From an uncultured Actinomycetota bacterium (GTDB taxonomy: Bacteria > Actinomycetota > Humimicrobiia > Humimicrobiales > Humimicrobiaceae): a stretch of DNA of 64,000 bases. The position numbers and the translations under genes were made by a program. The stretch is from assembly GCA_964595565.1 (NCBI GenBank), contig CAZQQX010000001.1, forward strand, positions 8,074-72,073. Direction: 5' to 3'. The notes under the pieces were generated by a model. The model made no database searches, was not told where the DNA came from, and was given only the letters and a program-made list of their open reading frames with translations. Shown piece after piece: positions 27,415 to 38,220 of the stretch (the first letter of the stretch is position 1; each line of letters starts with the position of its first letter).

Positions 27415-29040
27415 GTGATTAAAATGATAAAAGTAATATTAAATTTAAAAAAAGAAAAAAGAGGCAATATAACCATACTTATTTTAATAATGGGTTTTGC
27501 AGTAATATTGCTGACCACTGCTATGGTTGGATATATTTTTCGTGACATTAACTATGTTGAACTTGACAGGAAAAAATTAAGGGCACTAAATATCGCAGAG
27601 GCAGGCATATCAAACATGTTTTTGAATATTGAAAAACATTATACCGAAGAAGATGTTACTTTACCCTCAAGTCCCTATACCGGAGAAATAATTGATAATG
27701 GTAATTCAGAGGGAACTTTTACTGTTGAATATGACTCACAGTCTGATGGGGACTTGACTATATACAATGTTACTTCTACAGGTGTTGACAAAGATGGTAT
27801 GGAAAGAATGGTAAGAGTAAAAATAAATGTTTTAAATCCAGGTCCCGCTCTTGACATTTATGACTATGTATATACAGCGACATCAGCTACTACCAGCGGG
27901 GACTTCAAGACTGTAGATGGGCCTTTTTATACTGATGGAGATCTAAATATTACCGCAGGTTCCGGTATATCCCAGGACCAGAGCGAAGGGCCAATAATTG
28001 TAAAAGGTGACTTATATATAAGTGGAGATGCAGTTAGTGTAAAGCAGGAATTTCTATCAGTAGGTGGAAATGTGGTAATGGGAGGCAGCGGAAAGATACT
28101 GGGTGGCCAGGTTAACATAGCAGGCAGCCTTACCATGTCCGGAGGGACTTATATAGACGAGGGGCTGGTAAGCCCGATGATTGTAATGGGTGATATTGAT
28201 ATGAGCAGCGGCAGCCCCCGTATAGGAGAATCGGGGGAAGACCTTATTCTATCATGTAACGGGACAATAAACCCCTGGCCTCCAAATTCATGGGCCCCGA
28301 TATACGCCACCAGGGATGACAGTCTGACATATACATTTGTTGACCCTCAGTATGATGTTAGTAGTCTTATTGATGAATACTATTCTGAAGTTCAGGACTC
28401 TGCAGATCCTATTAATGGAAATCTTACACTGAGTGATGAAAACGTACCTTATAACTATGAAGATACATATGGAAACAGTCTCAGTTTTGAGAAAGAGGGA
28501 GATGACTATGTACTGGAAATTAATGGAAATATAATTGTAGATGGTAATTTACAGATTGGAATTGAAGAGTGGTGGATTCCTGAATTAAGCGGTCCCAGCA
28601 CCAATGAAATATATTACAGGGGTAAAGGAATTATATATACCACCGGAAATATCAAGACAGTTACCACGCTCTGGCCCGACCCCCTGGAAGATTTTCCTGA
28701 AAGTACTCTCCTGGTGCTGGTATCAAATGGGACTATTGAATCATATGTATGGAGAGAATATGATTATATTGTCGCAAGTAATATTAATGACCAGCCCCCG
28801 CTTATGTATATGGTAGGGATTGCAAAAGGCAATATAAAAATAGCGGGAGGGGGAGGAAATGCAGCCATTGTAAAGGGTACGTTGATTACTGGTGGCCTTC
28901 TTGATGCTGATTATTATAATGCCAAAATTTATTACCAGCAGGGAATTAAAGATAGTTTACCTCCCGAGCTTCCCAGCAGTGATCCGGGTGGAGGGGAAAT
29001 AGTCATTACCAGAGCAGAATGGCAGGAAGCAATTAATTAA
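27415..29040 (+). CDS. Minor pilin (PilX/GspK-like) with glycine-rich beta-solenoid-like region
   Basis: KKEKRG/NITILILIMG (no Glu5, as in PilX/GspK); ALNIAEAGI PilX-N motif; VTSTG; repeated xxxxGDLxIxG units; C-terminal WQE. Confidence 0.75.
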   Translation: MIKMIKVILNLKKEKRGNITILILIMGFAVILLTTAMVGYIFRDINYVELDRKKLRALNIAEAGISNMFLNIEKHYTEEDVTLPSSPYTGEIIDNGNSEGTFTVEYDSQSDGDLTIYNVTSTGVDKDGMERMVRVKINVLNPGPALDIYDYVYTATSATTSGDFKTVDGPFYTDGDLNITAGSGISQDQSEGPIIVKGDLYISGDAVSVKQEFLSVGGNVVMGGSGKILGGQVNIAGSLTMSGGTYIDEGLVSPMIVMGDIDMSSGSPRIGESGEDLILSCNGTINPWPPNSWAPIYATRDDSLTYTFVDPQYDVSSLIDEYYSEVQDSADPINGNLTLSDENVPYNYEDTYGNSLSFEKEGDDYVLEINGNIIVDGNLQIGIEEWWIPELSGPSTNEIYYRGKGIIYTTGNIKTVTTLWPDPLEDFPESTLLVLVSNGTIESYVWREYDYIVASNINDQPPLMYMVGIAKGNIKIAGGGGNAAIVKGTLITGGLLDADYYNAKIYYQQGIKDSLPPELPSSDPGGGEIVITRAEWQEAIN

Positions 29041-29082
29041 AATATTAAACAGGTTTGGTTTTACGGGAAATTTCGGTATAAA

Positions 29083-30201
29083 TTGACTGATTTATTTAAA
29101 TCAAGAATTGAAAACATAAAAAATATCTTAAGCAGTGAAAATCTTTCAAATCTTCTTATTTTAAGTGATGAAAACATTTATTATTTGACCGGGTTTTATG
29201 GAAAAAACTCGGGTAGTTTATTACTTATAACTGATAATAAATTACACCTTATTACTAATTTCCTTTATCTTGAACAGGCAAAAAAATCCATTGATAACGA
29301 CAGTTTAAATATTGTGTTTTACCGCAGGGATAGATTTAAAAAGCTTTTAGAAATACTTGAAGGTTATAATTTTGAGTCTGTTAACCTGGAGGGCAAAAAT
29401 ATCAGTTTTAAAGACGGATTGAATCTCGGAAAGATGTTATCCCGGCAGAATAAGGAATTCAAAATTAAAGACGGTCTGGTTGAGAAATTAAGAATTATTA
29501 AAGATGAAGTAGAGATTTCTAAAATAAAAAATGCCTGCAAAATTACCGATAATGCCTTTAATAAAATACTGGATTATGGCGCTAAAAAGGTTGAGAGCCT
29601 TTCCGAAGTCGAACTATCCTTTAGTCTGGAAGAATTAATGGTAAAAAATAATTCAATAGGAAAGTCATTTGATATAATTGTTGCCTATGATAAAAATTCT
29701 TCAATGCCTCATTACTCACCACAAAAAATAAAGGTAAAAGACGGTATCGTGCTGATGGATTTTGGCTGCAGGTATACAAATTACTGTTCGGATATGACAA
29801 GAACTATTTTTACCAGAAATAATAAAATTTGTAATGAATTTAAAAAAATATATGATATAGTTTTAGAGGCGCAGTATAAGGCAATAAAATTTTGCAGGGA
29901 AGGAATTACCTGCAGGGAGCTTGACAGCACGGCAAGGAACTTTATAAGCTCAAAGGGTTATGGTAATAATTTTGGTCACGGCCTGGGACATGGCGTTGGT
30001 CTTGAAATACATGAAGAGCCGATAGTAAATCCGGAAAGCAATACAGTCTTAAAAGAAAATATGATTATAACCGTAGAGCCGGGCATCTATATAGAAGATT
30101 TTGGCGGTGTGAGGATAGAAGACATGTTGCTTGTAAAAAAGAACGCTTGCGAAGTTTTATATGGTTCAACAAAAGAGTTTTTTATAATGGCTGATTTTTA
30201 A
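29083..30201 (+). CDS. Xaa-Pro aminopeptidase (M24B)
   Basis: DFGCRYTNYCSDMTRT, FGHGLGHGVGLEIHE, TVEPGIY and GVRIED motifs; aroQ-pepP-efp-nusB synteny. Confidence 0.92.
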   Translation: MTDLFKSRIENIKNILSSENLSNLLILSDENIYYLTGFYGKNSGSLLLITDNKLHLITNFLYLEQAKKSIDNDSLNIVFYRRDRFKKLLEILEGYNFESVNLEGKNISFKDGLNLGKMLSRQNKEFKIKDGLVEKLRIIKDEVEISKIKNACKITDNAFNKILDYGAKKVESLSEVELSFSLEELMVKNNSIGKSFDIIVAYDKNSSMPHYSPQKIKVKDGIVLMDFGCRYTNYCSDMTRTIFTRNNKICNEFKKIYDIVLEAQYKAIKFCREGITCRELDSTARNFISSKGYGNNFGHGLGHGVGLEIHEEPIVNPESNTVLKENMIITVEPGIYIEDFGGVRIEDMLLVKKNACEVLYGSTKEFFIMADF

Positions 30202-30295
30202 ATGTTCCGGAGTATAGGAAATAACAAATAGGGTGTTATCAAAATAAAAGAAGGAAACATTTAAAAAAATAAGAAATTTGTAAGGATGCTGATTA

Positions 30296-30856
30296 ATGAT
30301 AAGTACCGGTGACTTTAAGAATGGAATGACAATACTGTATGAAGAACAGCTGTACAAAATATTGTATTTCCAGCATGTAAAACCCGGCAAAGGCGGTGCT
30401 TTTGTCAGGACAAAATTAAAGGACTTAAACACCGGTGCTATTATAGATAAGACATTCAGAGCCGGGGAGAAAATGGAGCAGGCCATACTGGAAAACAAAA
30501 AAATGCAGTATCTCTACAGGGATGAATTCTATAATTTTATGGACACCAGAAACTATGAGCAGGCCCAGCTGGGAGAAAAATTGCTGGAAGAACAAAAAGA
30601 TTATTTACTTGAAAATATGGAAATCACGGTCGTATTTTACAGGGGCAAACCCATTTCAGTTGAACTTCCAATTTCTATAGAAGCAAGAGTTATAAGAACG
30701 GAGGCAGGTGTAAAAGGGGATACAGTAAGTACAACCTTTAAACCTGCAGAAATTGAAACCGGAGCGAAAGTTATGGTCCCGCTCTTTATAAATAACGGAG
30801 ACATAATAAAGATTGATACCAGAACAGGAGAATATATAATCAGGGTAAGTGGATAA
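30296..30856 (+). CDS. efp: Elongation factor P
   Basis: HVKPGKGGAFVRTKL, GVKGDT and VPLFINNGD..KIDTRTGEY motifs. Confidence 0.97.
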   Translation: MISTGDFKNGMTILYEEQLYKILYFQHVKPGKGGAFVRTKLKDLNTGAIIDKTFRAGEKMEQAILENKKMQYLYRDEFYNFMDTRNYEQAQLGEKLLEEQKDYLLENMEITVVFYRGKPISVELPISIEARVIRTEAGVKGDTVSTTFKPAEIETGAKVMVPLFINNGDIIKIDTRTGEYIIRVSG

Positions 30857-31307
30857 AAACCAGAATATTTTTTATGATATGCTTAAAATACCAAGAAGAA
30901 AAAGCAGAATTAACGCCGTAATATTATTATATCAGAGGGATTTACTGGGAAAAGATATAGATAAAATAATAGAAAATAATTTAATTTCAGGCAGAAAATA
31001 TGATAATTTTACTTTAAAACTTTCAAGGGGAGTAGAAAAAAATAAAAAGAATATAGATAACATGATTAAAAAAGTTGTAGAGAACTGGACTCTTGAAAGG
31101 ATAGCAATAATTGATAGGAATATTTTAAGAGTGGCCATATATGAAATGTTTTATGAAGAGGATATTCCTCTGAAAGTTTCGGTAGACGAAGCAATTGAAA
31201 TTGCTAAAACTATGGGCCAAAAAGAGGATACTCCTAAATTTGTAAATGGTGTTCTTGGAAAGATTTTAAGCAATATAAACAAAACCGGAATTAAGCCCGC
31301 AGATTAA
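30849..31307 (+). CDS. nusB: Transcription antitermination factor NusB
   Basis: RRKSR, WTLERIAIIDRNILR, EAIEIAK and FVNGVL motifs. Confidence 0.93.
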   Translation: MDKNQNIFYDMLKIPRRKSRINAVILLYQRDLLGKDIDKIIENNLISGRKYDNFTLKLSRGVEKNKKNIDNMIKKVVENWTLERIAIIDRNILRVAIYEMFYEEDIPLKVSVDEAIEIAKTMGQKEDTPKFVNGVLGKILSNINKTGIKPAD

Positions 31308-31350
31308 TTATATTTTATTTTTTTTATACTTTATTATACTTTATAAATAT

Positions 31351-32265
31351 ATGTTTTCACCCGGTAAAAATAATAATTCTTATGATAATGATATGGTTTA
31401 TCCTGAATTTTTATTAAAGGAGATAAACGATAGCTTAAAATACTATGCAGGTAAATACAGGAAAATACCCTATATTTTAAGAAGAGCAATTGAATACAGC
31501 ATAAAGAATGGAGGGAAAAGGCTAAGGCCAATTCTGTGCCTGATGGTTGCAAAAAGTCTGGGTAAGGATTATAGGATGCTGCTCCCAACAGCCTGCGCCA
31601 TTGAATTTATACATACTTATTCGTTAATCCACGATGATTTGCCTTCTATAGACAACGATGATTTTAGAAGGGGCAAACCTTCATGCCATAAAAAATTTGG
31701 TGAAGACATAGCTATACTTACCGGGGACACTTTGTTTGCGGAAGCATTCAACATTATTTTAAAATATCAGCTGGCTGATGACAGGATAAAAATGAGAGTT
31801 TTAAAAGAAATATCGGATGCCACGGGTGCTGATGGAATGGCCGGGGGTCAGGTAGTGGATGTTTATTTTACAGGGAAGAAAATAAGTAAGAAAAAGCTTG
31901 AATATATGCACAGGAATAAAACAGGAAAACTAATAACAGCCTCGGTCCGGTGCGGGGCTATTCTATGTGGAGTTAGCGAAAATTATCTTAATAAATTTAC
32001 CGAGTATTCAGATAATCTGGGGCTTGCTTTTCAGATAACCGATGACCTTATTGATGTAACTTCCAATAAAAATTTAGCCGGAAAGACAGTTGGAAAGGAT
32101 AAATTACAGGAAAAAAATACTTTTCCTGCTATATGGGGCATTGAAAAATCAAAGAAAATCGCACAGGAAAAAATAAATAAAGCTATTTCTATAGTAGAAA
32201 GTATGAGCATAGATTATGAATGGCTGGTCAGGATAGCAAACTTTATAATTTCAAGAAAGGCATAA
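31351..32265 (+). CDS. ispA: Farnesyl/geranylgeranyl diphosphate synthase
   Basis: GGKRLRP, IHTYSLIHDDLPSIDNDDFRRGKP, GQVVD and FQITDDL motifs. Confidence 0.93.
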   Translation: MFSPGKNNNSYDNDMVYPEFLLKEINDSLKYYAGKYRKIPYILRRAIEYSIKNGGKRLRPILCLMVAKSLGKDYRMLLPTACAIEFIHTYSLIHDDLPSIDNDDFRRGKPSCHKKFGEDIAILTGDTLFAEAFNIILKYQLADDRIKMRVLKEISDATGADGMAGGQVVDVYFTGKKISKKKLEYMHRNKTGKLITASVRCGAILCGVSENYLNKFTEYSDNLGLAFQITDDLIDVTSNKNLAGKTVGKDKLQEKNTFPAIWGIEKSKKIAQEKINKAISIVESMSIDYEWLVRIANFIISRKA

Positions 32266-33089
32266 AGAATATAAAGAAAAACGATAAGAAAGAAATAATA
32301 AAAATTTTGCTGGATAAAAAATTAGTTCTTTCCGAGAAAAAAGCCCGGGCACTAATAATGGCTGGAAAGGTAAAGGTTAATGGGAGTATTATTGAAAAGC
32401 CCGGAACACTTGTAGAAAAAGATTCTGCCGTAGAGATAATACCGGAAGATTTATATGTATCCAGGGGAGGTATAAAGTTAGAGGGCGCCTTTAAGGATTT
32501 TGGTCTTGATGCAAAAGGTAAAAAAGCTGTTGACATAGGTTCTTCAACCGGTGGATTTACTGATTTTTTATTAAAAAGCGGAGCTGAAAAAGTAACCTGC
32601 ATTGATGTTGGATACGGCCAGCTATCCTGGAAACTTAGAAAATCTCCTGATGTAATTGTTTATGAAAGAACAAATATAAGAAATCTTAATATAGAAAAAC
32701 TACCCTATAGATCGGACATTACTGTTGTTGATGTTTCTTTTATTTCCATAAAGAATATTTTTAAAAAAATTCTTGATTTAACCATACCCGGTGGAGAAAT
32801 ATTGCTTCTTGTGAAACCGCAATTTGAATTAAAAAGAGAAGAAGTTGAAAATAAGGGTGTTATAAAAGATAAAAATCTGCATTTTAAAGCATTGAAAGAA
32901 GTAACGGAATATATTAAAAAATTACCCGTTAAAGTAAAAAACTTTTCTTTTTCTAAAATAAAAGGTACAAAAGGCAACATAGAATTCTGGATTTTTTTAA
33001 TAAAATTACATAAAGAAACTAAATATATTCCAAATTATGATAAAATAATTAGGTGTGTGGTTGGAGAAGCGCATTTTTATTATAATTAA
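32220..33089 (+). CDS. tlyA: TlyA family rRNA 2'-O-methyltransferase (S4 + FtsJ domains)
   Basis: YVSRGGIKL, DIGSSTGGFTD, DVGYGQL, LVKPQFE and GNIEF motifs. The exact start is uncertain because it overlaps ispA. Confidence 0.92.
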   Translation: MAGQDSKLYNFKKGIKNIKKNDKKEIIKILLDKKLVLSEKKARALIMAGKVKVNGSIIEKPGTLVEKDSAVEIIPEDLYVSRGGIKLEGAFKDFGLDAKGKKAVDIGSSTGGFTDFLLKSGAEKVTCIDVGYGQLSWKLRKSPDVIVYERTNIRNLNIEKLPYRSDITVVDVSFISIKNIFKKILDLTIPGGEILLLVKPQFELKREEVENKGVIKDKNLHFKALKEVTEYIKKLPVKVKNFSFSKIKGTKGNIEFWIFLIKLHKETKYIPNYDKIIRCVVGEAHFYYN

Positions 33090-33120
33090 CTTTAACTTAA
33101 CCAAAAAAATATAAAATTGA

Positions 33121-34005
33121 TTGGAAAAAATGAAAAATATTGGCATAGTTTCTAATAACGAAAGTACAGAAGCAGCAGAAGTAGCTAAAAAAATATACGA
33201 TTATATAAATAAAAAAGGAAAGGGAATAACCCCTCTTTTGATAGAAGGGGACAGGGTATCCAGTAAATATTCGCTGCCGTCAGTTTCAGGGGAAAATTTT
33301 ATTGATAAAAGTGAACTAATAATATCGGTCGGTGGAGATGGAACTTTTCTAAGAGCTTCAAGGTATGCAATCAGGAGAGGGACCCCCGTGTTAGGAGTTA
33401 ATGCAGGGAACCTGGGTTTTTTGACTGTAGTGGATACCTGCAATATGTATAATGCCATAAATAAAGTATTAAAGAATGAATATGAAATAGAAGAAAGAAT
33501 GCTCCTTGAGGGAAGGTTTTACAGGAACAAAAAAGCGGTTAGAAACACAGGACTTCCGGAACTAGCAATAAATGAATTTGCAATAAACAGGTCTATTCTG
33601 GGTAAAATAATAAGATTTGAAATTATGGTAAATGAAATATCAATAAAAGAATTCGGGTCTGATGGATTGATTATTTCTACGCCTACGGGCTCTACAGGAT
33701 ATTCGCTTTCAGCAGGAGGCCCTATAGTTGAACCAAAAAGCGAGATTTTAATTATTACCCCTATATGTCCTCACACTCTGTTAAATAGAAGCATCATTTT
33801 AAACCCTGAAAATAAAATAGAAATAATAACCAGTTCAAGGAACCCGGAAGATAGTGTAAGCGTAGACGGAAGAACAATACCTTTTAAAATAGAATCTGAT
33901 TATATATTTGAGGTAAAAAAGTCAAAGTTGAAATTAAAATCTATAACATTTAACAGAAATATTTTCTTTAAAGTTTTCAGGGAAAAGTTTATTGAGAGAA
34001 TTTAA
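33121..34005 (+). CDS. nadK: NAD(+) kinase
   Basis: GGDGTFL, GNLGFL, NE, DGLIISTPTGSTGYSLSAGGP and PICPH motifs. Confidence 0.95.
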   Translation: MEKMKNIGIVSNNESTEAAEVAKKIYDYINKKGKGITPLLIEGDRVSSKYSLPSVSGENFIDKSELIISVGGDGTFLRASRYAIRRGTPVLGVNAGNLGFLTVVDTCNMYNAINKVLKNEYEIEERMLLEGRFYRNKKAVRNTGLPELAINEFAINRSILGKIIRFEIMVNEISIKEFGSDGLIISTPTGSTGYSLSAGGPIVEPKSEILIITPICPHTLLNRSIILNPENKIEIITSSRNPEDSVSVDGRTIPFKIESDYIFEVKKSKLKLKSITFNRNIFFKVFREKFIERI

Positions 34006-34028
34006 TCAGGGGATACTTGTATTAAAAT

Positions 34029-35798
34029 ATGCTTAAGGAATTACAGGTAAGAAACTTCGCCATAATAGACGATGTCAGAATAAGGTTTCAAAAAGGTTTA
34101 AATGTTTTGACCGGTGAAACCGGTGCCGGTAAAACTCTAATAATTGAAGCAATTAATCTATTGATTGGTGAGCGTTCGGATGCTGATTTAATACGGGATG
34201 GCGAGGATAGACTGATGGTTCAGGGGTATTTTGACTTTAAAAGCAGCATTCTGGCTGCAAATTTCTTGTTATCGGAAAAATTTATTGAAAATGAAAAGGA
34301 ATGTGATGATGTAGTTATAACCAGGGAAGTGAACAGGGATGGGAAAAATAGAGCGTTTATCAATGGAATCTTTACCAGAGTTGGTAATTTAAAAAAATTG
34401 GGTGAATTTTTTATTGATATTCATGGACAGCACGACCACCAGTATTTGCTTGATTATAGTACGCATCTGGAAATAATTGACAGTTTCGGAGGTGACAGAA
34501 TATCGGTTGCAAAAAAAAATTATTCTAAAAGCCTGGAAGAATATTCTCTAAGAGAAAATGAATTAAAAAAACTCAAGGAACTAAATAAAGTTAAAGAAGA
34601 GAGTTTAAAAGATTTAAATTACAAATATGAAGAGATTACAAAATTAAATATTAAACAGGATGAAGAAAAGATTTTAGAAAATGAAGCAAGGGTTTTAAAA
34701 AATTATGAAAAAATTTATCTTTTAGCTTCGGATATAAAAAAAATTATAGATGGTGAAAATTCTGATGCGTCTTCCCTGAGTGGAAATTTAGCTGTTATAA
34801 ACAGGAATATAGAAGAACTTTCTGAAATAGATAATAAATTCAAAGATTTTAACCATAATTTGTTATCCATAATAGACACTATTGATGAGATTAACCATTT
34901 TATCGGAAGTTATATTGCAGAGTTTAATTTTAGCAACGATAAACTGGACAGCATACAGGAAAGGCTGTTTAAATTATCGGAAATAAAGAAAAAATATAAT
35001 ATGGACTTAAATTCTATAAATGAATATGCGAAAAAATTAAAGGATGAGATTGATAGTTATGAGAACCTGGATGCGGAGATTGATAAAAAGCAGATAGATT
35101 ATAATGAAGCTAAAGATTCTATGGTAAAAAATGCTCTTAAATTAAGTGAATTAAGAAAAGAAATAATGATGGATTTAAAAGATAATATAAGCTATGAAAT
35201 GGCCGGTCTTGGTTTTAAATCCGTGTCTTTTGTTCCACAGCACAGGTATATTGAAATCAGTGATGGGATTGAAATAGAAAACAAAAAAATAAAATTTACC
35301 AGAAGTGGAATAGATTATATAGAATTTTTGATATCACTTAATGTTGGCGAAACTGAAAAACCACTAAAGAAAATAGCTTCCGGCGGAGAGATATCAAGAA
35401 TCATGCTTGCCCTTAAGTCGGTAATCAGCTCTATTGACAGGATAACAACCATGATATTTGATGAAATAGATGCAGGTATAGGAGGTACAATATCACTGGT
35501 GGTGGGTGAAAAATTATTCAGAATTTCCAGAAATTGCCAGGTAATAGTAATTACTCATCTTGCACAGATTGCATGTTTTTCGGATGTACATTATTTTATT
35601 GATAAATTTATAAAAAATGACAGAACCGGGATAAAAATAAGAAAATTAGATTTAGATTCCAGGGTAAAAGAAATCTCGCGTATGATGAGCGGATTAAGCG
35701 ATAGCAATATAGCGGCAATGCATGCAGAAGAGCTGATAGAGAAATGTAATTCTATAAAGAATGAACTTATAGAAAGAAAGATAAAGATTGAAAACTAA
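34029..35798 (+). CDS. recN: DNA repair protein RecN
   Basis: [32 protein letters not shown] and THLAQIA motifs. Confidence 0.96.
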   Translation: MLKELQVRNFAIIDDVRIRFQKGLNVLTGETGAGKTLIIEAINLLIGERSDADLIRDGEDRLMVQGYFDFKSSILAANFLLSEKFIENEKECDDVVITREVNRDGKNRAFINGIFTRVGNLKKLGEFFIDIHGQHDHQYLLDYSTHLEIIDSFGGDRISVAKKNYSKSLEEYSLRENELKKLKELNKVKEESLKDLNYKYEEITKLNIKQDEEKILENEARVLKNYEKIYLLASDIKKIIDGENSDASSLSGNLAVINRNIEELSEIDNKFKDFNHNLLSIIDTIDEINHFIGSYIAEFNFSNDKLDSIQERLFKLSEIKKKYNMDLNSINEYAKKLKDEIDSYENLDAEIDKKQIDYNEAKDSMVKNALKLSELRKEIMMDLKDNISYEMAGLGFKSVSFVPQHRYIEISDGIEIENKKIKFTRSGIDYIEFLISLNVGETEKPLKKIASGGEISRIMLALKSVISSIDRITTMIFDEIDAGIGGTISLVVGEKLFRISRNCQVIVITHLAQIACFSDVHYFIDKFIKNDRTGIKIRKLDLDSRVKEISRMMSGLSDSNIAAMHAEELIEKCNSIKNELIERKIKIEN

Positions 35799-37392
35799 AT
35801 TTATTTTTATTACAGGAGGAGTTTTATCATCACTCGGGAAAGGCATCTGCGCTGCCTCTCTCGGGAGGTTGCTAAAATCAAGGGGTTACAGTGTCACAAT
35901 ACAGAAATTTGACCCTTATATAAATATAGACCCCGGAACAATGAACCCGGTGCAGCACGGCGAAGTATTCGTAACCGGCGATGGTGGAGAAACCGACCTT
36001 GACCTTGGCCATTATGAAAGATTTATTGATGAAGATTTATCAAAGTATAATAATTTTACATCAGGGAAAATTTATAAGAATGTACTTGATAATGAAAGAA
36101 AGGGAAAATTTTTAGGAGCCACCGTTCAGGTTATTCCTCATGTAACGGATGAAATAAAAGAATGTGTAAGAAAAACATTATTACGGAGAAAAACTGATAT
36201 AGTTATTACAGAAATAGGCGGTACCGTTGGCGACATAGAGAGTTTACCTTTTCTTGAAGCAATAAGACAGTTTAAAAAAGATGTGGGTAAGGAAAATGTT
36301 CTCTATATTCATGTTACTTACATACCATATTTAAAAACAACAGAAGAATTAAAATCAAAGCCCACACAGCATAGCGTAAAAGAGCTGAGGAGCATAGGAA
36401 TTCAGCCCGATATAATAATCTGTAGAAGTGAAAAAAATTTATCCAGTGATATAAAAAAGAAAATAAGCCTTTTTTGTGATATAGAGGTAGAAGACACAAT
36501 CCAGGCAATTGATGTAAAGCATCTTTATGACGTACCGCTGATGCTCCAGGAAGAAAAGCTTGATTCAAGGGTTCTTGCCAAATTGAACTTAAAAGAAAAA
36601 ACATCCGACCTTGACGGATGGAAAAAAATAGTGGACACAATCCATCATCTAAAAGGAAAAGTAGAAATAGGAATAGTGGGTAAATATATAAATTTGAAAG
36701 ATGCTTATATAAGTATTGTGGAGTCTCTAAATCACGGTGGGTACTATTTTAAGAAAAATGTTAATTTAAACTGGATAAGTTCTGAATCAATAGAAAAAGG
36801 TGAACCGGAGAAAAACATTTTATTTAATATGGACGGGATACTGGTTCCCTATGGTTTTGGTCTGAGGGGAATAAATGGTAAGATTAATGCTATAAAATAT
36901 GCCAGAGAAGGTGGGGTTCCCTTTTTTGGGATATGCCTTGGAATGCAATGTGCGGTTATTGAATTTGCAAGGAATGTACTGGGTTTGAAAGATGCAGATA
37001 GTACCGAGTTTAACCTTGATACTGCCGATCCGGTAATTGACATGATGGATAACCAGAAGAAGATAAAAGATATTGGCGGAACCATGAGGCTCGGAAACTA
37101 CAGGTGCAGGTTGAAGGCCGGCTCGAAAGCTTACAGTGCTTATAAAGAGAAGGTAATTTGTGAAAGGCACAGGCACAGATATGAATTTAATAATGCCTAC
37201 AGGGAGGCAATTGAACAGGCCGGAATGGTAGTAACCGGGGTAAATCCGGATTCAAACTTAGTAGAAATTGTTGAAATAAAAGACCACCCGTGGTTCGTTG
37301 CGGTTCAATTTCATCCAGAATTCAGGTCAAGACCGGATAAACCACATCCTTTGTTCCGTGATTTCATAGGTGCTTCAATAAAACACCGATAA
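35788..37392 (+). CDS. pyrG: CTP synthase
   Basis: [48 protein letters not shown] and QFHPEF motifs. Confidence 0.97.
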   Translation: MKTKFIFITGGVLSSLGKGICAASLGRLLKSRGYSVTIQKFDPYINIDPGTMNPVQHGEVFVTGDGGETDLDLGHYERFIDEDLSKYNNFTSGKIYKNVLDNERKGKFLGATVQVIPHVTDEIKECVRKTLLRRKTDIVITEIGGTVGDIESLPFLEAIRQFKKDVGKENVLYIHVTYIPYLKTTEELKSKPTQHSVKELRSIGIQPDIIICRSEKNLSSDIKKKISLFCDIEVEDTIQAIDVKHLYDVPLMLQEEKLDSRVLAKLNLKEKTSDLDGWKKIVDTIHHLKGKVEIGIVGKYINLKDAYISIVESLNHGGYYFKKNVNLNWISSESIEKGEPEKNILFNMDGILVPYGFGLRGINGKINAIKYAREGGVPFFGICLGMQCAVIEFARNVLGLKDADSTEFNLDTADPVIDMMDNQKKIKDIGGTMRLGNYRCRLKAGSKAYSAYKEKVICERHRHRYEFNNAYREAIEQAGMVVTGVNPDSNLVEIVEIKDHPWFVAVQFHPEFRSRPDKPHPLFRDFIGASIKHR

Positions 37393-37448
37393 CTCTAATT
37401 AATCATTTTAAGTTTATAAAAAAATGCCGGGAAGATAGAAACAGGGTT

Positions 37449-38177
37449 ATGTTTATTAAAAATACAAAAATCAGAAGATTGCTTATTTTAATTAATGGAA
37501 TTTTATTGCTGATAATTATTTTATTTTCACCACTCGCATACTATATTTTTAATTTAAATTATTATAAAGAATTGTATAAGAAGAATGGCGTATTTAATAT
37601 TTTAAATAACAGAGATGTAATGGATATCTCGGTAGAAATCTTTGATTTTTTTAAATACAAAAGAGAATTAGATTATAAGGACCATAACCCCGGGGTAATG
37701 TACGCAGATGAAGGCAGGGAAGAAATACTTTTATTCACAGAGAATGAAATAAGCCATTTATATGATGTAAGAAAGTTGCTAAAAAAAATTTTTATTTTAT
37801 ATTATTCAAGCCTGGCTTTATTTATTATTTTTTTATTGTTACTTATAAGAAAGAATATGGCTGATTTCATACATGACATCGGTCTTATTTTTACAGTATC
37901 ATCCATTTTAATTTTTACATCCATTATCTTTTTTTATCTATCTTCAAAAAACTTTCCTGCATTGTTTGATGTTTTCCATAAGATTTTTTTCCCTGAAGGG
38001 AATTACTCTTTCTATGAAGGGTCTCTTTTGATAACTATTTTCCCATCGGGATTCTTTTACGATTTTTTTATAAGGCTTGTATGGTGTTCTGGTATAATAT
38101 CTTCTATAGTTTTAATTACGGGTATATTAATTATTTTTATTTACAGGTTTATAAAAAAAAAGAAATTTTCTGATTGA
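37449..38177 (+). CDS. DUF1461/TIGR01906 membrane protein, lipoprotein intramolecular transacylase (Lit)-like
   Basis: Four TM segments; EISHLYDVRKL and FDVFHKIFF..N (two conserved His); SLLITIFPSGFF. Confidence 0.75.
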   Translation: MFIKNTKIRRLLILINGILLLIIILFSPLAYYIFNLNYYKELYKKNGVFNILNNRDVMDISVEIFDFFKYKRELDYKDHNPGVMYADEGREEILLFTENEISHLYDVRKLLKKIFILYYSSLALFIIFLLLLIRKNMADFIHDIGLIFTVSSILIFTSIIFFYLSSKNFPALFDVFHKIFFPEGNYSFYEGSLLITIFPSGFFYDFFIRLVWCSGIISSIVLITGILIIFIYRFIKKKKFSD

Positions 38178-38220
38178 ATTTCTTGAAAAAAATTAATTTT
38201 TTAAAAAAAAGCAGGTTATT

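Noticed and set aside
31308-32265. Absence of xseAB, folD and dxs around ispA-tlyA, and of apt and dtd around relA
   Set aside because: These genes are often located elsewhere, and absence from one window says nothing about the genome.
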